Assembly (NCBI GenBank): GCA_964469525.1
Contig: CAYXYU010000002.1
Location: 218,687-282,686 of the forward strand
DNA length: 64,000 nt
Direction: 5' to 3'
Origin: an uncultured Rickettsiales bacterium
Lineage (GTDB): Bacteria; Pseudomonadota; Alphaproteobacteria; Rickettsiales; SXRF01
Shown here: positions 6,876 to 17,314 of the stretch, piece by piece
Layout: each line of letters opens with the position of its first letter
Numbering within the stretch: position 1 is the first letter of the stretch
The notes under the pieces: generated by a model
Databases searched by the model: none
What the model was told of the DNA's origin: nothing
What the model saw: only the letters and a program-made list of their open reading frames with translations
Position numbers and translations under genes: made by a program

Positions 6876-8603
6876 CTAAGCTGCTTCGGATATGCGGTGG
6901 ATAAGGGAGTCCATCAGGTGGGTGTTGAGGGTTTGGGCTTGGGTGATGTGCGCTTCGAGCTGGTCGCAGAGCGTCATCAGCTCATCCACCTTGGCAACGA
7001 TGCGTCTTTGCTCGGCGAGTGGTGGGAGGGGCAGAGGCAGAGAAGATATATGCCCATGATTTACGGTCTTTTGTCCTGCTGTAGTAATAAAAAGCCCCTT
7101 AATAATACTCCGAATGTAGGGTGAAGACGCGACCAGCTTCATGAAAGATGCGTCATAAAGCGTAGAATTTATTCTCATGCGGATGAAGTGGTCGCAGTAA
7201 ATGGCATCTAAATCTGATTCACATAGTATGAATTTGCCGATTAAGTCCTCGCTACCATTTACGCGAATTATGAGTATGTCTTGGTGTTTTAATGCATATT
7301 TCTCCTTTAGTTCATGTGCTAAAATAATTTGACGTGTATCTGCTAAAGAGACTACACCGTCTTTTATGTCTGCTAGCCTGAGAACAATGGTAGGCGCCCC
7401 CTCTTTCTCACCCCTGCTGGAAACACCATTTTGAAATTCAGGGCATAGATCGCCTAATCTGATCCAGCACCATGCGCCGGATATTTCAAAAATCTGTTTG
7501 TCATCTTCCACGGGTTGTAAAATTCTGGCAGATTTTATCTTCCCTTCCTTCACCAGTCGTTTTTTCTCTGCCTCGATGCGTTTGAGGAGCTCGCTGGCGG
7601 GTTCGTCGGCGGGGTTTTGGGGGACGAGTTTGCCTTGCACGGCTAGTTGCAGGATGGTGGCGCGGAGGTGTTTGACGGTGGCGAGGTCATCGAACCAGTC
7701 GTTGAATTTTTTCTCCATAATATTCAGGCTAGTGCCAAAGCTAGTGCGGCTTTCGGCGTTGGTGAGGTGATGCAAGGTGGATTGCACGGTCTGCGTTTTC
7801 AGCGTGCGCTCAGCGTTTTGCTCCGTCTCCAGCTTATCGCACAGCACCATCAATTCATCCACTTTCGCCACAATCCGCTTTTGCTCAGCGAGTGGTGGTA
7901 GGGGAACAGGGGTCTGCTTAGCCCTAACGATTGTAAGCGTGTAGACAGTAGTTCCCATACTGTCTCGATGTATTTCCTCTATCCAATAGGGAGACTGCAT
8001 CACGGTATTTAGGTAGTGCGGATAAAGTCCAAAGTAATTTTTGAAGATTAAGACGCTAGCATCCTTAAAGTAGAACCGATCTGAGTCCCTAACTATGTAG
8101 GGAACGCCAATAGTCCCAACACCTGTGATCATTATGTCATTAGGTTCTGGAGTTAGACCTTCGTTGGTTAAGCGTTGGTAGTGGTCTTCACTAATAAACA
8201 ATTCATTATCTAGGTGTCCTGCTTTGGCAAGTTTGACTATCTCTCGGGCGCGAAGAAACGGAACGCCTCTTGTAGTCCAATCTTTTTCATGAACACGGCA
8301 ACTTGAAGTAATTAATCCTAGAGTGCCTAGTGTGCACCATGCCCATCCACGTGGAATGTCAAATAAAAGATTTTTGGAATCAATAGACGATGTTTTGAAG
8401 TCTTTGATAGAACCTTGTTTAACAAGCCGCTTTTTCTCTGCCTCGATCTTCTTCAGCAGCACATCCGCTGGCTCATCGGCAAAGTTTTGCTCCACCAATT
8501 TACCACGCACCGCCAGCTGCAAAATCACGTCACGCAGCTTTTTGATGCCGCCTTCGCCTTGCGCCAGGTGGCCGAATTGCTGGAGAAAGAGGTCTGCCTC
8601 CAT
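6876..8603 (-). CDS. hsdS: Type I restriction-modification specificity subunit
   Basis: It has two target-recognition halves separated by duplicated conserved regions. ILQLAV[RQ]GKLV..EAEKKRLVK occurs twice, and PLPPLAEQ[KR]RIVAKVDELM..CD.LE occurs twice. Confidence 0.9.
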   Translation of the reverse strand: MEADLFLQQFGHLAQGEGGIKKLRDVILQLAVRGKLVEQNFADEPADVLLKKIEAEKKRLVKQGSIKDFKTSSIDSKNLLFDIPRGWAWCTLGTLGLITSSCRVHEKDWTTRGVPFLRAREIVKLAKAGHLDNELFISEDHYQRLTNEGLTPEPNDIMITGVGTIGVPYIVRDSDRFYFKDASVLIFKNYFGLYPHYLNTVMQSPYWIEEIHRDSMGTTVYTLTIVRAKQTPVPLPPLAEQKRIVAKVDELMVLCDKLETEQNAERTLKTQTVQSTLHHLTNAESRTSFGTSLNIMEKKFNDWFDDLATVKHLRATILQLAVQGKLVPQNPADEPASELLKRIEAEKKRLVKEGKIKSARILQPVEDDKQIFEISGAWCWIRLGDLCPEFQNGVSSRGEKEGAPTIVLRLADIKDGVVSLADTRQIILAHELKEKYALKHQDILIIRVNGSEDLIGKFILCESDLDAIYCDHFIRMRINSTLYDASFMKLVASSPYIRSIIKGLFITTAGQKTVNHGHISSLPLPLPPLAEQRRIVAKVDELMTLCDQLEAHITQAQTLNTHLMDSLIHRISEAA

Positions 8604-10066
8604 TATGCCGCCTCGCTTTTCACATGGCGGCTGAGTGCTTCCGCAAGGATTTCCCTTAGCTGATTCTGCGTTTGCTGCATGGCTTGTGTAGCAGCTTCAT
8701 ATTCCGCCAGGAGTTCAGCAGGATCGCGGTGGCTAGGGTCAACATTCTTGGGGTTTTTGACATCCAGGTTATAGTTACTGGCCTTGATATCATCGATGCT
8801 TACCTTCCAGGCGAAGTCACTTTCCTGGCGCTTATTCCACCAAGCCTTTTCGGTGTCGAACTCCTCAAGGCGCATGGGCTTGGTTTTGCTGTAGCTTTTA
8901 TAACCTTCAGGATATTGGTGTTCGTAATACCAAATTTCCTTGGTGGGCGTACCTTTCTCAAAAAACAGCAGGTTGGTTTTAATACCCGTGTAGGGGTTGA
9001 ACACGCCGTTGGGCAGACGTACGATGGTGTGCAGGTTGCACTCCTCCAGCAGCTTTTCCTTCAGGCGGGTTTTGATGCCTTCACCAAATAGCGTGCCATC
9101 CGGCAATACTACTGCAGCGCGCCCTTTATCTTTCAGCATCTCCACGATCATAAACAGGAACAAATCCGCCGTTTCGCGTGTGCGATAGCTGGATGGGAAG
9201 TTGTTCTCGATGCCATCTTCCTCGGTGCCGCCAAACGGCGGGTTGGTGAGCACCACATCCACCTTCTTGCGCCAGGGATGGTCTTTGATGGGTGTAGAGA
9301 GCATATTGTCATGCTTAATGTTGGTCGGTACCTCGATACCGTGAAGTAGCATGTTCGTGGTGCATAGCAAGTGCGGCAGGGCCTTCTTCTCCACGCCGTT
9401 GATGGTCTTCTGCAAAGTTTCCCAGTCTTTTGGGGTTTTGGTTTGCTGACGCAAATGCTCGATGCTGCAGCTTAAAAAACCACCCGTGCCGCAAGCAGGG
9501 TCTAACACCATTTCACCCAGCTGCGGGTTCACCATATCCACCATAAACTGGGTAACTGCGCGCGGAGTATAAAACTCACCAGCATTCCCGGCACTTTGCA
9601 GGTCCTTGAGGATTTGCTCGTAAATATCACCGAAGGTGTGTTTGTCATCAGAGCGATTAAAATCAATTTCGTTGATCTTATTGACTACCTGGCGGATCAG
9701 CTGGCCGGATTTCATATAGTTGTAAGCATCCTCGAACACATTGCGCACGACAACGGCGCGGCCACCTTGCTTGCCTTCGGCGTTTAGTTCTTTGAGCGTT
9801 GGGAATAGCTTGATGTTTATGAATTCGGAGAGCTCATCACCAGTGATACCCTCGGCATTCGCTGCCCAATTGCGCCAGCGCAGAGGCTCAGGAATGGGGG
9901 ATTTATAGCTGTCTTCCGTAAGCTCCAACTGCTCTTCCTGGTCATCCAGAATTTTAAGGAAGAACATCCACACAAGCTGACCAATGCGCTGCGCGTCGCC
10001 ATCGACGCCTACGTCTTTGCGCATGATGTCTTGGATGGATTTAATAATGCCGGATACGTTGCTCAT
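8603..10066 (-). CDS. hsdM: Type I restriction-modification N6-adenine DNA methyltransferase subunit
   Basis: It has an HsdM N-terminal region, VLDPACGTGGFL (motif I) and VVLTNPPFGG (motif IV). Confidence 0.93.
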   Translation of the reverse strand: MSNVSGIIKSIQDIMRKDVGVDGDAQRIGQLVWMFFLKILDDQEEQLELTEDSYKSPIPEPLRWRNWAANAEGITGDELSEFINIKLFPTLKELNAEGKQGGRAVVVRNVFEDAYNYMKSGQLIRQVVNKINEIDFNRSDDKHTFGDIYEQILKDLQSAGNAGEFYTPRAVTQFMVDMVNPQLGEMVLDPACGTGGFLSCSIEHLRQQTKTPKDWETLQKTINGVEKKALPHLLCTTNMLLHGIEVPTNIKHDNMLSTPIKDHPWRKKVDVVLTNPPFGGTEEDGIENNFPSSYRTRETADLFLFMIVEMLKDKGRAAVVLPDGTLFGEGIKTRLKEKLLEECNLHTIVRLPNGVFNPYTGIKTNLLFFEKGTPTKEIWYYEHQYPEGYKSYSKTKPMRLEEFDTEKAWWNKRQESDFAWKVSIDDIKASNYNLDVKNPKNVDPSHRDPAELLAEYEAATQAMQQTQNQLREILAEALSRHVKSEAA

Positions 10067-10962
10067 GTTTGTCTATTCTCTGTGTATTGATGCAGTTTAA
10101 GAAGCCCTGATTTTAATGCAGGTTCAAAGTAACGATTGAGCATATCCAAAGTATTGCGTCGTGTCGGGCTCTCATTGGTTATAGCTTCTGGCTGTTCGTA
10201 TATAGTTACTTCAAGATAAGCATTCTTACTCGCAGCTTTGTTGTAGAGATAAATATGGTTCAATTGCATGTATAGTCTGTCTGCAAGTGAAAATGACAAA
10301 GAGCGATTTGGCATTACTTCGACAAAAACTTCGACGCCGTTTTCAACATAGAATCCATCAAATATGATATTTCTATTAGATGTAATTGGATCAATAAAAT
10401 TCATTGCAGATGTAAACTTGACTTCCTTTTGAGCGAACATTTTTCCGCTTAGTTTTTCGTTTACAATTCGTTCTTCTAATTGTTTTCTTTCCTCTATTCT
10501 TGATCGATAATCTACTGCTTCTGTACGCACAGTTGCAGGTGGTTCTTCTTCCGCTTTCTTCTTCTCTATATCTTGTTCATCAGCGCGTGTAACCCCCAAT
10601 AGGCTTTGCAGTGTGGCTCCATCAATAGGAGTGTTAAGCGTTATATTACTTTGCGATTGCTTTAAACTTAGAGAAAGCGAGACCAGGTGCTTTGTTAGAT
10701 CGTAGTTCTTTTCTTCCACTTTTTCACGAGTGGCTTTTTCCTCTTTTATTCTTTTTTTGAGTTCAAGAATTTTAAATAGGCTTACATCCTCAAATTTTAT
10801 AGCAAAAACCATCAACATTACGAACGCGATCAAAGATATAAGAAAGGATTTATCAGCATATCCATGGAGTGCTTCTGAGTGAAAGATCAGAAGCAATAGG
10901 CCGAACGCGATTACATATGGAATCCAGCTAATCGCCTTTATTAGATCTTCGTTAACTTTCAT
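10063..10962 (-). CDS. Hypothetical membrane/coiled-coil protein embedded between hsdR and hsdM
   Basis: It has two N-terminal TM helices ([15 protein letters not shown] and [16 protein letters not shown]) and a charged coiled-coil-like middle. The C-terminal alpha/beta domain contains [19 protein letters not shown]. It overlaps both neighbouring genes by 4 nt. Confidence 0.6.
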   Translation of the reverse strand: MKVNEDLIKAISWIPYVIAFGLLLLIFHSEALHGYADKSFLISLIAFVMLMVFAIKFEDVSLFKILELKKRIKEEKATREKVEEKNYDLTKHLVSLSLSLKQSQSNITLNTPIDGATLQSLLGVTRADEQDIEKKKAEEEPPATVRTEAVDYRSRIEERKQLEERIVNEKLSGKMFAQKEVKFTSAMNFIDPITSNRNIIFDGFYVENGVEVFVEVMPNRSLSFSLADRLYMQLNHIYLYNKAASKNAYLEVTIYEQPEAITNESPTRRNTLDMLNRYFEPALKSGLLKLHQYTENRQT

Positions 10963-13325
10963 ACTCCATTCACCTTCTTAAATAATTCGTCTTCGAGTTC
11001 TTTTAGAGCTGCCTCATATTTATCCTTGCCGCCGAAGAAATCATTGATGATTTCTACAGGTGTGCCCATCTCATTGATAGGCCTAAGACTCAGCACCTTA
11101 GCGCTTTCGATGCTGGTTACATCCTCATCGGCATATTTATCGAGCAGTGCTTCTAGTACCTTGCGCGCTTTGTCACCGTATTTGGTGAAGTAGTTGCGCT
11201 TACGCACGTTATTGGCGCGCTCCTTCCGCGTCAGGGGCGGCTGGCCATATACAATGTGACAGATCAAATCGAAAGTGCCGTATTGGTCGCCATTCCTTAC
11301 TTCTTCACGCAGCGCGCTGAGCAAGAGACCTTGCGACTCCAGCTCTTTGATAATGGCTTCTTTCTTGGCGGATTCCGACCATCGCTGCAGAAACTCATCC
11401 AGCGTGCGAAACTGCTTTTGCACCATTTTCTTGGTATAGTCTTTGAGGGATTCGGTAACGAGCTTTCCGTCTTTATCGTAATACTGCACGCGCTCGGAAA
11501 TAACGTTTACTTCGACGTTGTTGACATAATATTTCACGCGCTTTTGGCCAGGCTCGGCGTTAGGATCGAATGAGATATCGGGTTTTACCACTATGCCTTC
11601 GCTGGGGTCCACGTTCGAGTCATCGTCCGGAGGCACGATATCGTCATCTTCGCCGGGCTGATATATCTGCACCGGATCTCCATCAAAATTAGGATCGGCG
11701 AATAGCTCGGTAGCTTTCTTGAAATCCATAATGGTGAAATATAGCTTGCCATGCTCTTCGTCGATGCGCGTACCACGGCCAATGATTTGCTTAAACTCCG
11801 TCATGGAGCGGATGGTTTGATCCAGTACCACTAATTTGCAGGTTTTGGCATCCACACCCGTTGTCAGTAGTTTTGAGGTGGTGGCGATGACGGGGTATGG
11901 ATTTTCAGGATCGATGAAATTATCCAGCTCGGCTTTGCCCTGCTGATCATCACCCGTGATTTTCATCACGTAGCGATGATTCTTTAGCACCAGATCGCTA
12001 TTGAGATTGGCAATGGCGTGGCGCATGCGCTCAGCGTGGTCGATATCCTCGCAGAAAACGATGGTTTTATCGAAGCGATTGGTGGCTTTGAGGTAGGCGG
12101 TAATTTTCTGCGCTACTAGCCAGTCGCGCTCCTCGATCACCAGCGTGCGATTGAAGTCCTTCTGATTGTAGATGCGGTCTTCGATCAAATTGCCGTATTT
12201 ATCAGCCTGGCCCTTTTCCGGCCGGAAGCCAATCACGTCTCGATCAATATCGATGCGTATGACTTTGTAGGGTGCCAGGAAGCCATCTTCGATGCCTTGC
12301 TTCAGCGAATAGGTGTAAACCGGCTCGCCAAAGTAATGGATGTTGGAAACATCGTTGGTTTCTTTTGGGGTGGCGGTTAGGCCAATATGCGTGGCACTGG
12401 AGAAGTATTTGAGGATCTCGTGCCATGCAGAATCCTCGGCCGCACTGCTACGGTGGCATTCGTCGATGATCACCAGGTCGAAGAAGTCGGGAGAAAACTG
12501 TTTGTAGATGTTTTGTGCTTCTTCCGTACCGGTCACAGCCTGGTAGAGTGTCAGATAAATTTCATACGACTTATCGGCCTGCCGCTTGGTGATTTTAGTC
12601 ATTGCCTGGCCAAACGGCTTGAAGTCATTCTGCCGCGTTTGATCGACGAGGATGTTACGGTCGGCAAGGAAAAGGATGCGCTTCTTGGTTTTCGACTTCC
12701 ACAAGCGCCAGATGATCTGAAACGCCGTATAGGTTTTGCCGGTACCTGTAGCCATGACCAGCAGAATGCGGTCCTGACCTTTGGCCACGGCTTCCATGAC
12801 GCGGTTAATGGCATTCAATTGGTAATAGCGCGGGGATTTATCGCTGCCGTCTGAATAATAATCCTGAGCTACGACAGCCTCAGCTGCCGGTGTTTCGATG
12901 TTACGGAGCTGCTTATAGCGTTTCCAGAGCTCCTGGGGGCCTGGAAGGCAGTCCAGAGGTAGGTCGCGCTCAATCTGTTCGCCGGTGCCGGACTTATCAT
13001 GAAAGCGGAAACCGGTGCCGTTGGAAGTGAACACAAAGGGGATGTCCAGTATCTCGGCATATTCTAATGCCTGCTGCATGCCATCGCCCAGCTCGTGGCT
13101 ATCGTCCTTGGCCTCAATGATCGCGAGGGGAATGTTAGGTTTGTAGTAGAGGATATAGTCGGCACGTTTGCTAGTGCCACGTGTTGCCATTTTGCCGCGC
13201 ACAATAATGCGGCCATGGGTAAAAGACACTTCCTCACGCACCTGCGTCTGTAGATCCCAACCTGCCTTTTGGATGGCGGGTAGGATGTACTTTGTTTTGA
13301 TGTCCGCTTCAGTGAAATTTCCCAT
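10959..13325 (-). CDS. hsdR: Type I restriction enzyme R subunit (nuclease/helicase)
   Basis: The N-terminal nuclease-like segment is [20 protein letters not shown]. Helicase motifs are MATGTGKT and VIIDECHR. I moved the start from the track ATG (13373) to ATG 13325 ([18 protein letters not shown]), which is preceded by GGGAGA. Confidence 0.9.
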   Translation of the reverse strand: MGNFTEADIKTKYILPAIQKAGWDLQTQVREEVSFTHGRIIVRGKMATRGTSKRADYILYYKPNIPLAIIEAKDDSHELGDGMQQALEYAEILDIPFVFTSNGTGFRFHDKSGTGEQIERDLPLDCLPGPQELWKRYKQLRNIETPAAEAVVAQDYYSDGSDKSPRYYQLNAINRVMEAVAKGQDRILLVMATGTGKTYTAFQIIWRLWKSKTKKRILFLADRNILVDQTRQNDFKPFGQAMTKITKRQADKSYEIYLTLYQAVTGTEEAQNIYKQFSPDFFDLVIIDECHRSSAAEDSAWHEILKYFSSATHIGLTATPKETNDVSNIHYFGEPVYTYSLKQGIEDGFLAPYKVIRIDIDRDVIGFRPEKGQADKYGNLIEDRIYNQKDFNRTLVIEERDWLVAQKITAYLKATNRFDKTIVFCEDIDHAERMRHAIANLNSDLVLKNHRYVMKITGDDQQGKAELDNFIDPENPYPVIATTSKLLTTGVDAKTCKLVVLDQTIRSMTEFKQIIGRGTRIDEEHGKLYFTIMDFKKATELFADPNFDGDPVQIYQPGEDDDIVPPDDDSNVDPSEGIVVKPDISFDPNAEPGQKRVKYYVNNVEVNVISERVQYYDKDGKLVTESLKDYTKKMVQKQFRTLDEFLQRWSESAKKEAIIKELESQGLLLSALREEVRNGDQYGTFDLICHIVYGQPPLTRKERANNVRKRNYFTKYGDKARKVLEALLDKYADEDVTSIESAKVLSLRPINEMGTPVEIINDFFGGKDKYEAALKELEDELFKKVNGV

Positions 13326-13860
13326 TTTTTCTCCCGTGATAACTCTTAACGAAATCAATAGGAAATGCCACACAAAATGCCCCAGCTATCTGGGCTTCAA
13401 CGTTAGGGGTGGGTGTCCCCATACCTGTCTCACTGAAAGCAAAGTGCAAATTTTTCTCCTTTTAATTCAACAGCAAGACCAGATAAGCTTTTGTTTTTGC
13501 TATTTTCAGAATCAAATTTATTTCGCATTAACCATTATTGGCAAGCCAACTAATTGATAATAAAAAAAACACTATCTTGTACGGAACAAGGTGGCCTTCG
13601 TTTCGGCTGTACATTTTTACCTAATTGTTTAATGCTACTGCCGTGAAATGGGTGTTCCATTTCTGGGGCTAGTTACCCCTTACGTGCGGCCTAAGACAGC
13701 ATCGGGCCGTCATCAATGATGCTGCTTTTTCGACCTCTGGTCGGGAAGGTGGCTGAATACAATAGCGCAAGCGAATAGGCTGCGCCGTTCACGTAACGGT
13801 AACTACTTCCCGGCTGCCAGAGCAATCTGGTGGCCGTTACCGTAACTAGGGGAGGATATC

Positions 13861-14142
13861 ATGAAAAGAACTGTTTTAATCTGCGCGCTTTTGCTCACGG
13901 CTTGTGCAAATCCCAGATCGACAACCAATCAACTCGAAGTCGGCATGAGCAAGGACGAAGTGCGCGCCATCATGGGCGAGCCCGATAGTTCTGCAGGGTT
14001 TAAGGACCAAGGAGACTGTTATTACTACAGCATGTGGCGCGACTTCTGGAATCGCCGCCCTGGGAACTACTCTGATCGCTACTACGCCTGTTTCCAGAAA
14101 GGGAAGCTTGCCGCCTATGGCCGCGTGGGAGATCCAATATGA
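13861..14142 (+). CDS. Small lipoprotein with BamE/SmpA_OmlA-like segment
   Basis: It has a signal peptide with a lipobox (LLLTAC) and GMSKDEVRAIMGEPDS. A strong RBS (GGGGAGGA) lies upstream. Confidence 0.65.
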   Translation: MKRTVLICALLLTACANPRSTTNQLEVGMSKDEVRAIMGEPDSSAGFKDQGDCYYYSMWRDFWNRRPGNYSDRYYACFQKGKLAAYGRVGDPI

Positions 14143-14702
14143 TCAGTCAACAGCTATGGATTTCTATTAAAGCGCTTAATTGGGCAAACGGATTATTCAG
14201 ACTCTGGCTTGTTCTTACAGGCTTATGGGAGGTTTTTGTATTATATCATTTGGCTAGGTCCATTTACAAAAAACAAGATATCCTATGGGCGCTATTTGCC
14301 ACAACATGGCCACTTATTTTTTTAATTGTCGTCATTGCTTTTCTAAAGACAATAAATTGGATTTTACAAGGACTAACCGATAAGCGCGGCGCTTTTACCC
14401 AGTCAGACGTCCTGATTCTAAGCAGCAAAAGAGCGCAAGAATTTATCAAGCTTAAATATCAAAAAATTACGATACTAATCGTTCTCGCTGCCATTGTGAC
14501 GTTTGTGACTATATCCTTTTCATCTAAAAACCATGAAGTTTCATGGAGAATACTCGCTCCTAATGAACGTAGACAAGAAGGCCTGGCTATCTACAAGATC
14601 ATGACCCCCGAGGGAGAAGAAATTCTTCTGCAAGGCCCAAGGGGCGCTAGCGAAGAAGATGCCATAAAACAAGCTAAAGATTTGTATCGCAATAATAAAT
14701 AA
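14139..14702 (+). CDS. Hypothetical membrane protein (about 3 TM)
   Basis: Its start overlaps the lipoprotein stop (ATGA). The hydrophobic segments are LFRLWLVLTGLWEVFVLY, ILWALFATTWPLIFLIVVIAFL and ITILIVLAAIVTFVTISF. Confidence 0.55.
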   Translation: MISQQLWISIKALNWANGLFRLWLVLTGLWEVFVLYHLARSIYKKQDILWALFATTWPLIFLIVVIAFLKTINWILQGLTDKRGAFTQSDVLILSSKRAQEFIKLKYQKITILIVLAAIVTFVTISFSSKNHEVSWRILAPNERRQEGLAIYKIMTPEGEEILLQGPRGASEEDAIKQAKDLYRNNK

Positions 14703-14842
14703 GAAAATCCACCAAGAGAACAGTGGCGCTAGTGGCGCTTTGTTAGACTTAGGAGAAATCTTGTGTGCGATTTATATAATTGTTTAATTGGTGGTTCGCT
14801 AAGAAATATACCGAAGCCAGCGATAATAAGCCGCATGCGCCA

Positions 14843-17026
14843 TTATAAGGTCAATTTTACGCCTCTTATCATACGCACTCCTCCCGTTCCCTTGTCTTTT
14901 TTACATCCGCTATAGAGCAATCGGGCGGTGAATCTCTTATGCGATAAAGTGTGTTTTATTCCTTCATTCCTAGCCCAGGATAAATAGGCTCTGAAAAGAT
15001 CTCCAGAAAAAGCGGCTGCACCTGCGTCTAATATGCAGCAGTCATCAATGAACAAAGCTACCTGATCCTCTGACTTGCGCCATGCCTCTTTTTCTTGGAG
15101 GCTGCTTTTCGGCTCTGTAAAAGAACCGCGTTGTAAAACCTGAGCATATGCCATCAAAGCTAGCCGTAGTATGCCCGGCAGCTCTTCAAGCAATTCCTTT
15201 TTTAAATTAACATTTTCTTTTCTTACTCTATGACCAAGCTGGCTTTGGTCCTCATTTTTAATATCTTCTGCTTTTTTAAACTTATTATTAAATCGAAAAA
15301 TGATTGCGCGTCGGTAAAGTGCATCAGAAAAATCTTTAGTACGCGGCATATGATTAGTGCCAAGCCAGAAAGTGCAGTATGGCGTGAAGCTAAAAGGTGG
15401 TTGGTGCTTGTGGTCGGCGGTTACTAATTCACCAGAAGTAAAGGCTTTCAATTCAGCGTCGGCGATAACTTCACCTTGAGCAACTTCGGTAATGATATTA
15501 GCCAATTTCTTATGCAAGTGTGCCCGCTTAAACTTGTCCGAAAGCTCGGATGGCTGGACCGCTGCGACATTTTGAGCTCCTAATAATGCAAGAATTATGG
15601 ACAGAATAACACTTTTCCCATTTCCGCCAGAACCTATCAAAAGTATGAATTTCTCAAATTTAGTCGTGTTGGTAAGCGTATAACCGATCAATTCCATAAT
15701 TGATCGTTTTTTCTCATCCGCGTCTTCATCTCCTTCAAAGACTTCATCTAAGAATTTTATAAAACGCGGGCATTCTGCAGTAGGTAAATATTCATGAGGT
15801 ATTTGGGTTGTGCGGTAATTCTCGCGGAGATGAGGTTTACGTATAAAAGTGTTATTTTCAAAATGTAGTTCACCGTTCGCAACATTTATAATATCGGGAT
15901 TTAAGTCCCACGCATGCTGTTCAGCGAAGACTTCGTTTTTTAATATCGAATACACTGCATCGACCAAGCCACGCGTTACGCGCTGACCATATTCTTCCAG
16001 ATAATTTTGAATCAGCTTCTTGCTTTCTAGATCAGGCATTGCCTCCCAATAGCCTTTTTCTCTCCAGACCCAGAGATGCGCTGTAGTGGACAGAATGTTT
16101 TCTGACTTCAATTCATTGATAATAAAGCGCGCCAGATCGAGCTGACTTACCTTTTCGTCTTCTGTGTTCTGAGATTGTTTCTTAAGCTCTTTAAGTGCCT
16201 CGTTCTGGACTTTAAGCGAAATTTTTGCTGTTTTGCTTACTATTTGCTTTACACGCTCTTGCTCTGTGGTGGAAAGCCTAGGAAGAAGGCTCAGCACGTG
16301 GTCGATATCCTGTGGGCTCGAGCTTGCAGTTAAAGACTGAGCGGCATGGGTTGCTTCGTCATACGGCCGCAAGGCTTCTTTAGCATTGCCAATTAAGCTA
16401 TGCAGTCCAGTTATATCAACTCCCTCGGGCGGGCTATCTGCCAGATCCCATTTTTCAGGAAAGCTCTTGGGCACTTCTACGATATGCGCAGATGTTGCGC
16501 CCGCTGCTAAAGTAAGCTGAGCCACTTTATCCGCATATTCACGCCCCTCATCATCATTGTCGGGCCAGATTATAACCCTGCGCCCTGCACAGGGAGACCA
16601 GTCGGCTTTATGGGGTGACTTTGCTCCATTCGGGCTGGTCGTTACGGTGAATTCTGGGAATAAAACGGATGCCGCTTCCGAAGCCTTTTCACCCTCACAA
16701 ACTAATATTGGTTTTGCAGCATCACCAGCGATCTTATCCAGATTAAAAAGAATGCGAGGTTCAGGAGTTGATTTCCACGCCCATTTGCACGTCCCATTCG
16801 CGTACTGCCTATAGGTAAGCGGACGATCCTGTTTATTTCCTTCGGGATCGATAAACCTGCAAACAACCAATAACGGCTCGCCGTTCTTTGTATTATAAAT
16901 CCACCATTTGGTAGGGAGTCCAAGAGAGGGATATTTGGGAGCATTTCCAGCGTGAGGGGGTATGGGGATAGCTACTCCTTCATCTTGTGTTGAACTTGGT
17001 GGCTGGAATCCTTTGTTTTTTGACAT
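14843..17026 (-). CDS. Primase-helicase (Toprim domain plus P4-family/SF3 NTPase C-terminal domain)
   Basis: The Toprim-like segments are ILVCEGEKASEAA and VIIWPDNDDEGREYA. The Walker A motif is LLIGSGGNGKS, in a D5/P4-alpha-like C-terminal half. Confidence 0.8.
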   Translation of the reverse strand: MSKNKGFQPPSSTQDEGVAIPIPPHAGNAPKYPSLGLPTKWWIYNTKNGEPLLVVCRFIDPEGNKQDRPLTYRQYANGTCKWAWKSTPEPRILFNLDKIAGDAAKPILVCEGEKASEAASVLFPEFTVTTSPNGAKSPHKADWSPCAGRRVIIWPDNDDEGREYADKVAQLTLAAGATSAHIVEVPKSFPEKWDLADSPPEGVDITGLHSLIGNAKEALRPYDEATHAAQSLTASSSPQDIDHVLSLLPRLSTTEQERVKQIVSKTAKISLKVQNEALKELKKQSQNTEDEKVSQLDLARFIINELKSENILSTTAHLWVWREKGYWEAMPDLESKKLIQNYLEEYGQRVTRGLVDAVYSILKNEVFAEQHAWDLNPDIINVANGELHFENNTFIRKPHLRENYRTTQIPHEYLPTAECPRFIKFLDEVFEGDEDADEKKRSIMELIGYTLTNTTKFEKFILLIGSGGNGKSVILSIILALLGAQNVAAVQPSELSDKFKRAHLHKKLANIITEVAQGEVIADAELKAFTSGELVTADHKHQPPFSFTPYCTFWLGTNHMPRTKDFSDALYRRAIIFRFNNKFKKAEDIKNEDQSQLGHRVRKENVNLKKELLEELPGILRLALMAYAQVLQRGSFTEPKSSLQEKEAWRKSEDQVALFIDDCCILDAGAAAFSGDLFRAYLSWARNEGIKHTLSHKRFTARLLYSGCKKDKGTGGVRMIRGVKLTL

Positions 17027-17029
17027 GCA

Positions 17030-17311
17030 CTACCTCAGCATTCCAAGAATTGCCCTTGCAGAGGCAAACTGGCTTGTATTGGATAAGTATGCGAACAGGC
17101 TGACGACATCTCTTCCCTTGTCCCCAGTGGCAAAGTCAGCCCATTTCCCCGTTTTGATGTTGATCAGGAATGAGCCTGGTCGCGCATCGATCCTGGTTGG
17201 ATTACGCACTACATATTCGTCCCCGATGCATTGTCCGCCTGGAAGCCATTTGGCCAGCAGAGAGGGAAGCACCGGCATCGCTGCACGGTTCGCTTTGTCG
17301 AAGACAGACAT
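17030..17311 (-). CDS. Primase N-terminal module, separated from the Toprim ORF by an in-frame TAG
   Basis: NPTRIDARPGSFLINIKTGKWADFATGDKGRDVVSLFAYL is the type of N-terminus that, as I recall, is fused to Toprim primases in island-borne genes. It is in the same reading frame as 14843..17026 (TAG, TGC, then ATG). Confidence 0.6.
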   Translation of the reverse strand: MSVFDKANRAAMPVLPSLLAKWLPGGQCIGDEYVVRNPTRIDARPGSFLINIKTGKWADFATGDKGRDVVSLFAYLSNTSQFASARAILGMLR

Positions 17312-17314
17312 GCG

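Noticed and set aside
14722-14739. Tandem AGTGGCGCT x2 downstream of the membrane-protein gene
   Set aside because: There are only two copies of a 9-mer, which is too short to distinguish from chance. No hairpin or T tract is attached.
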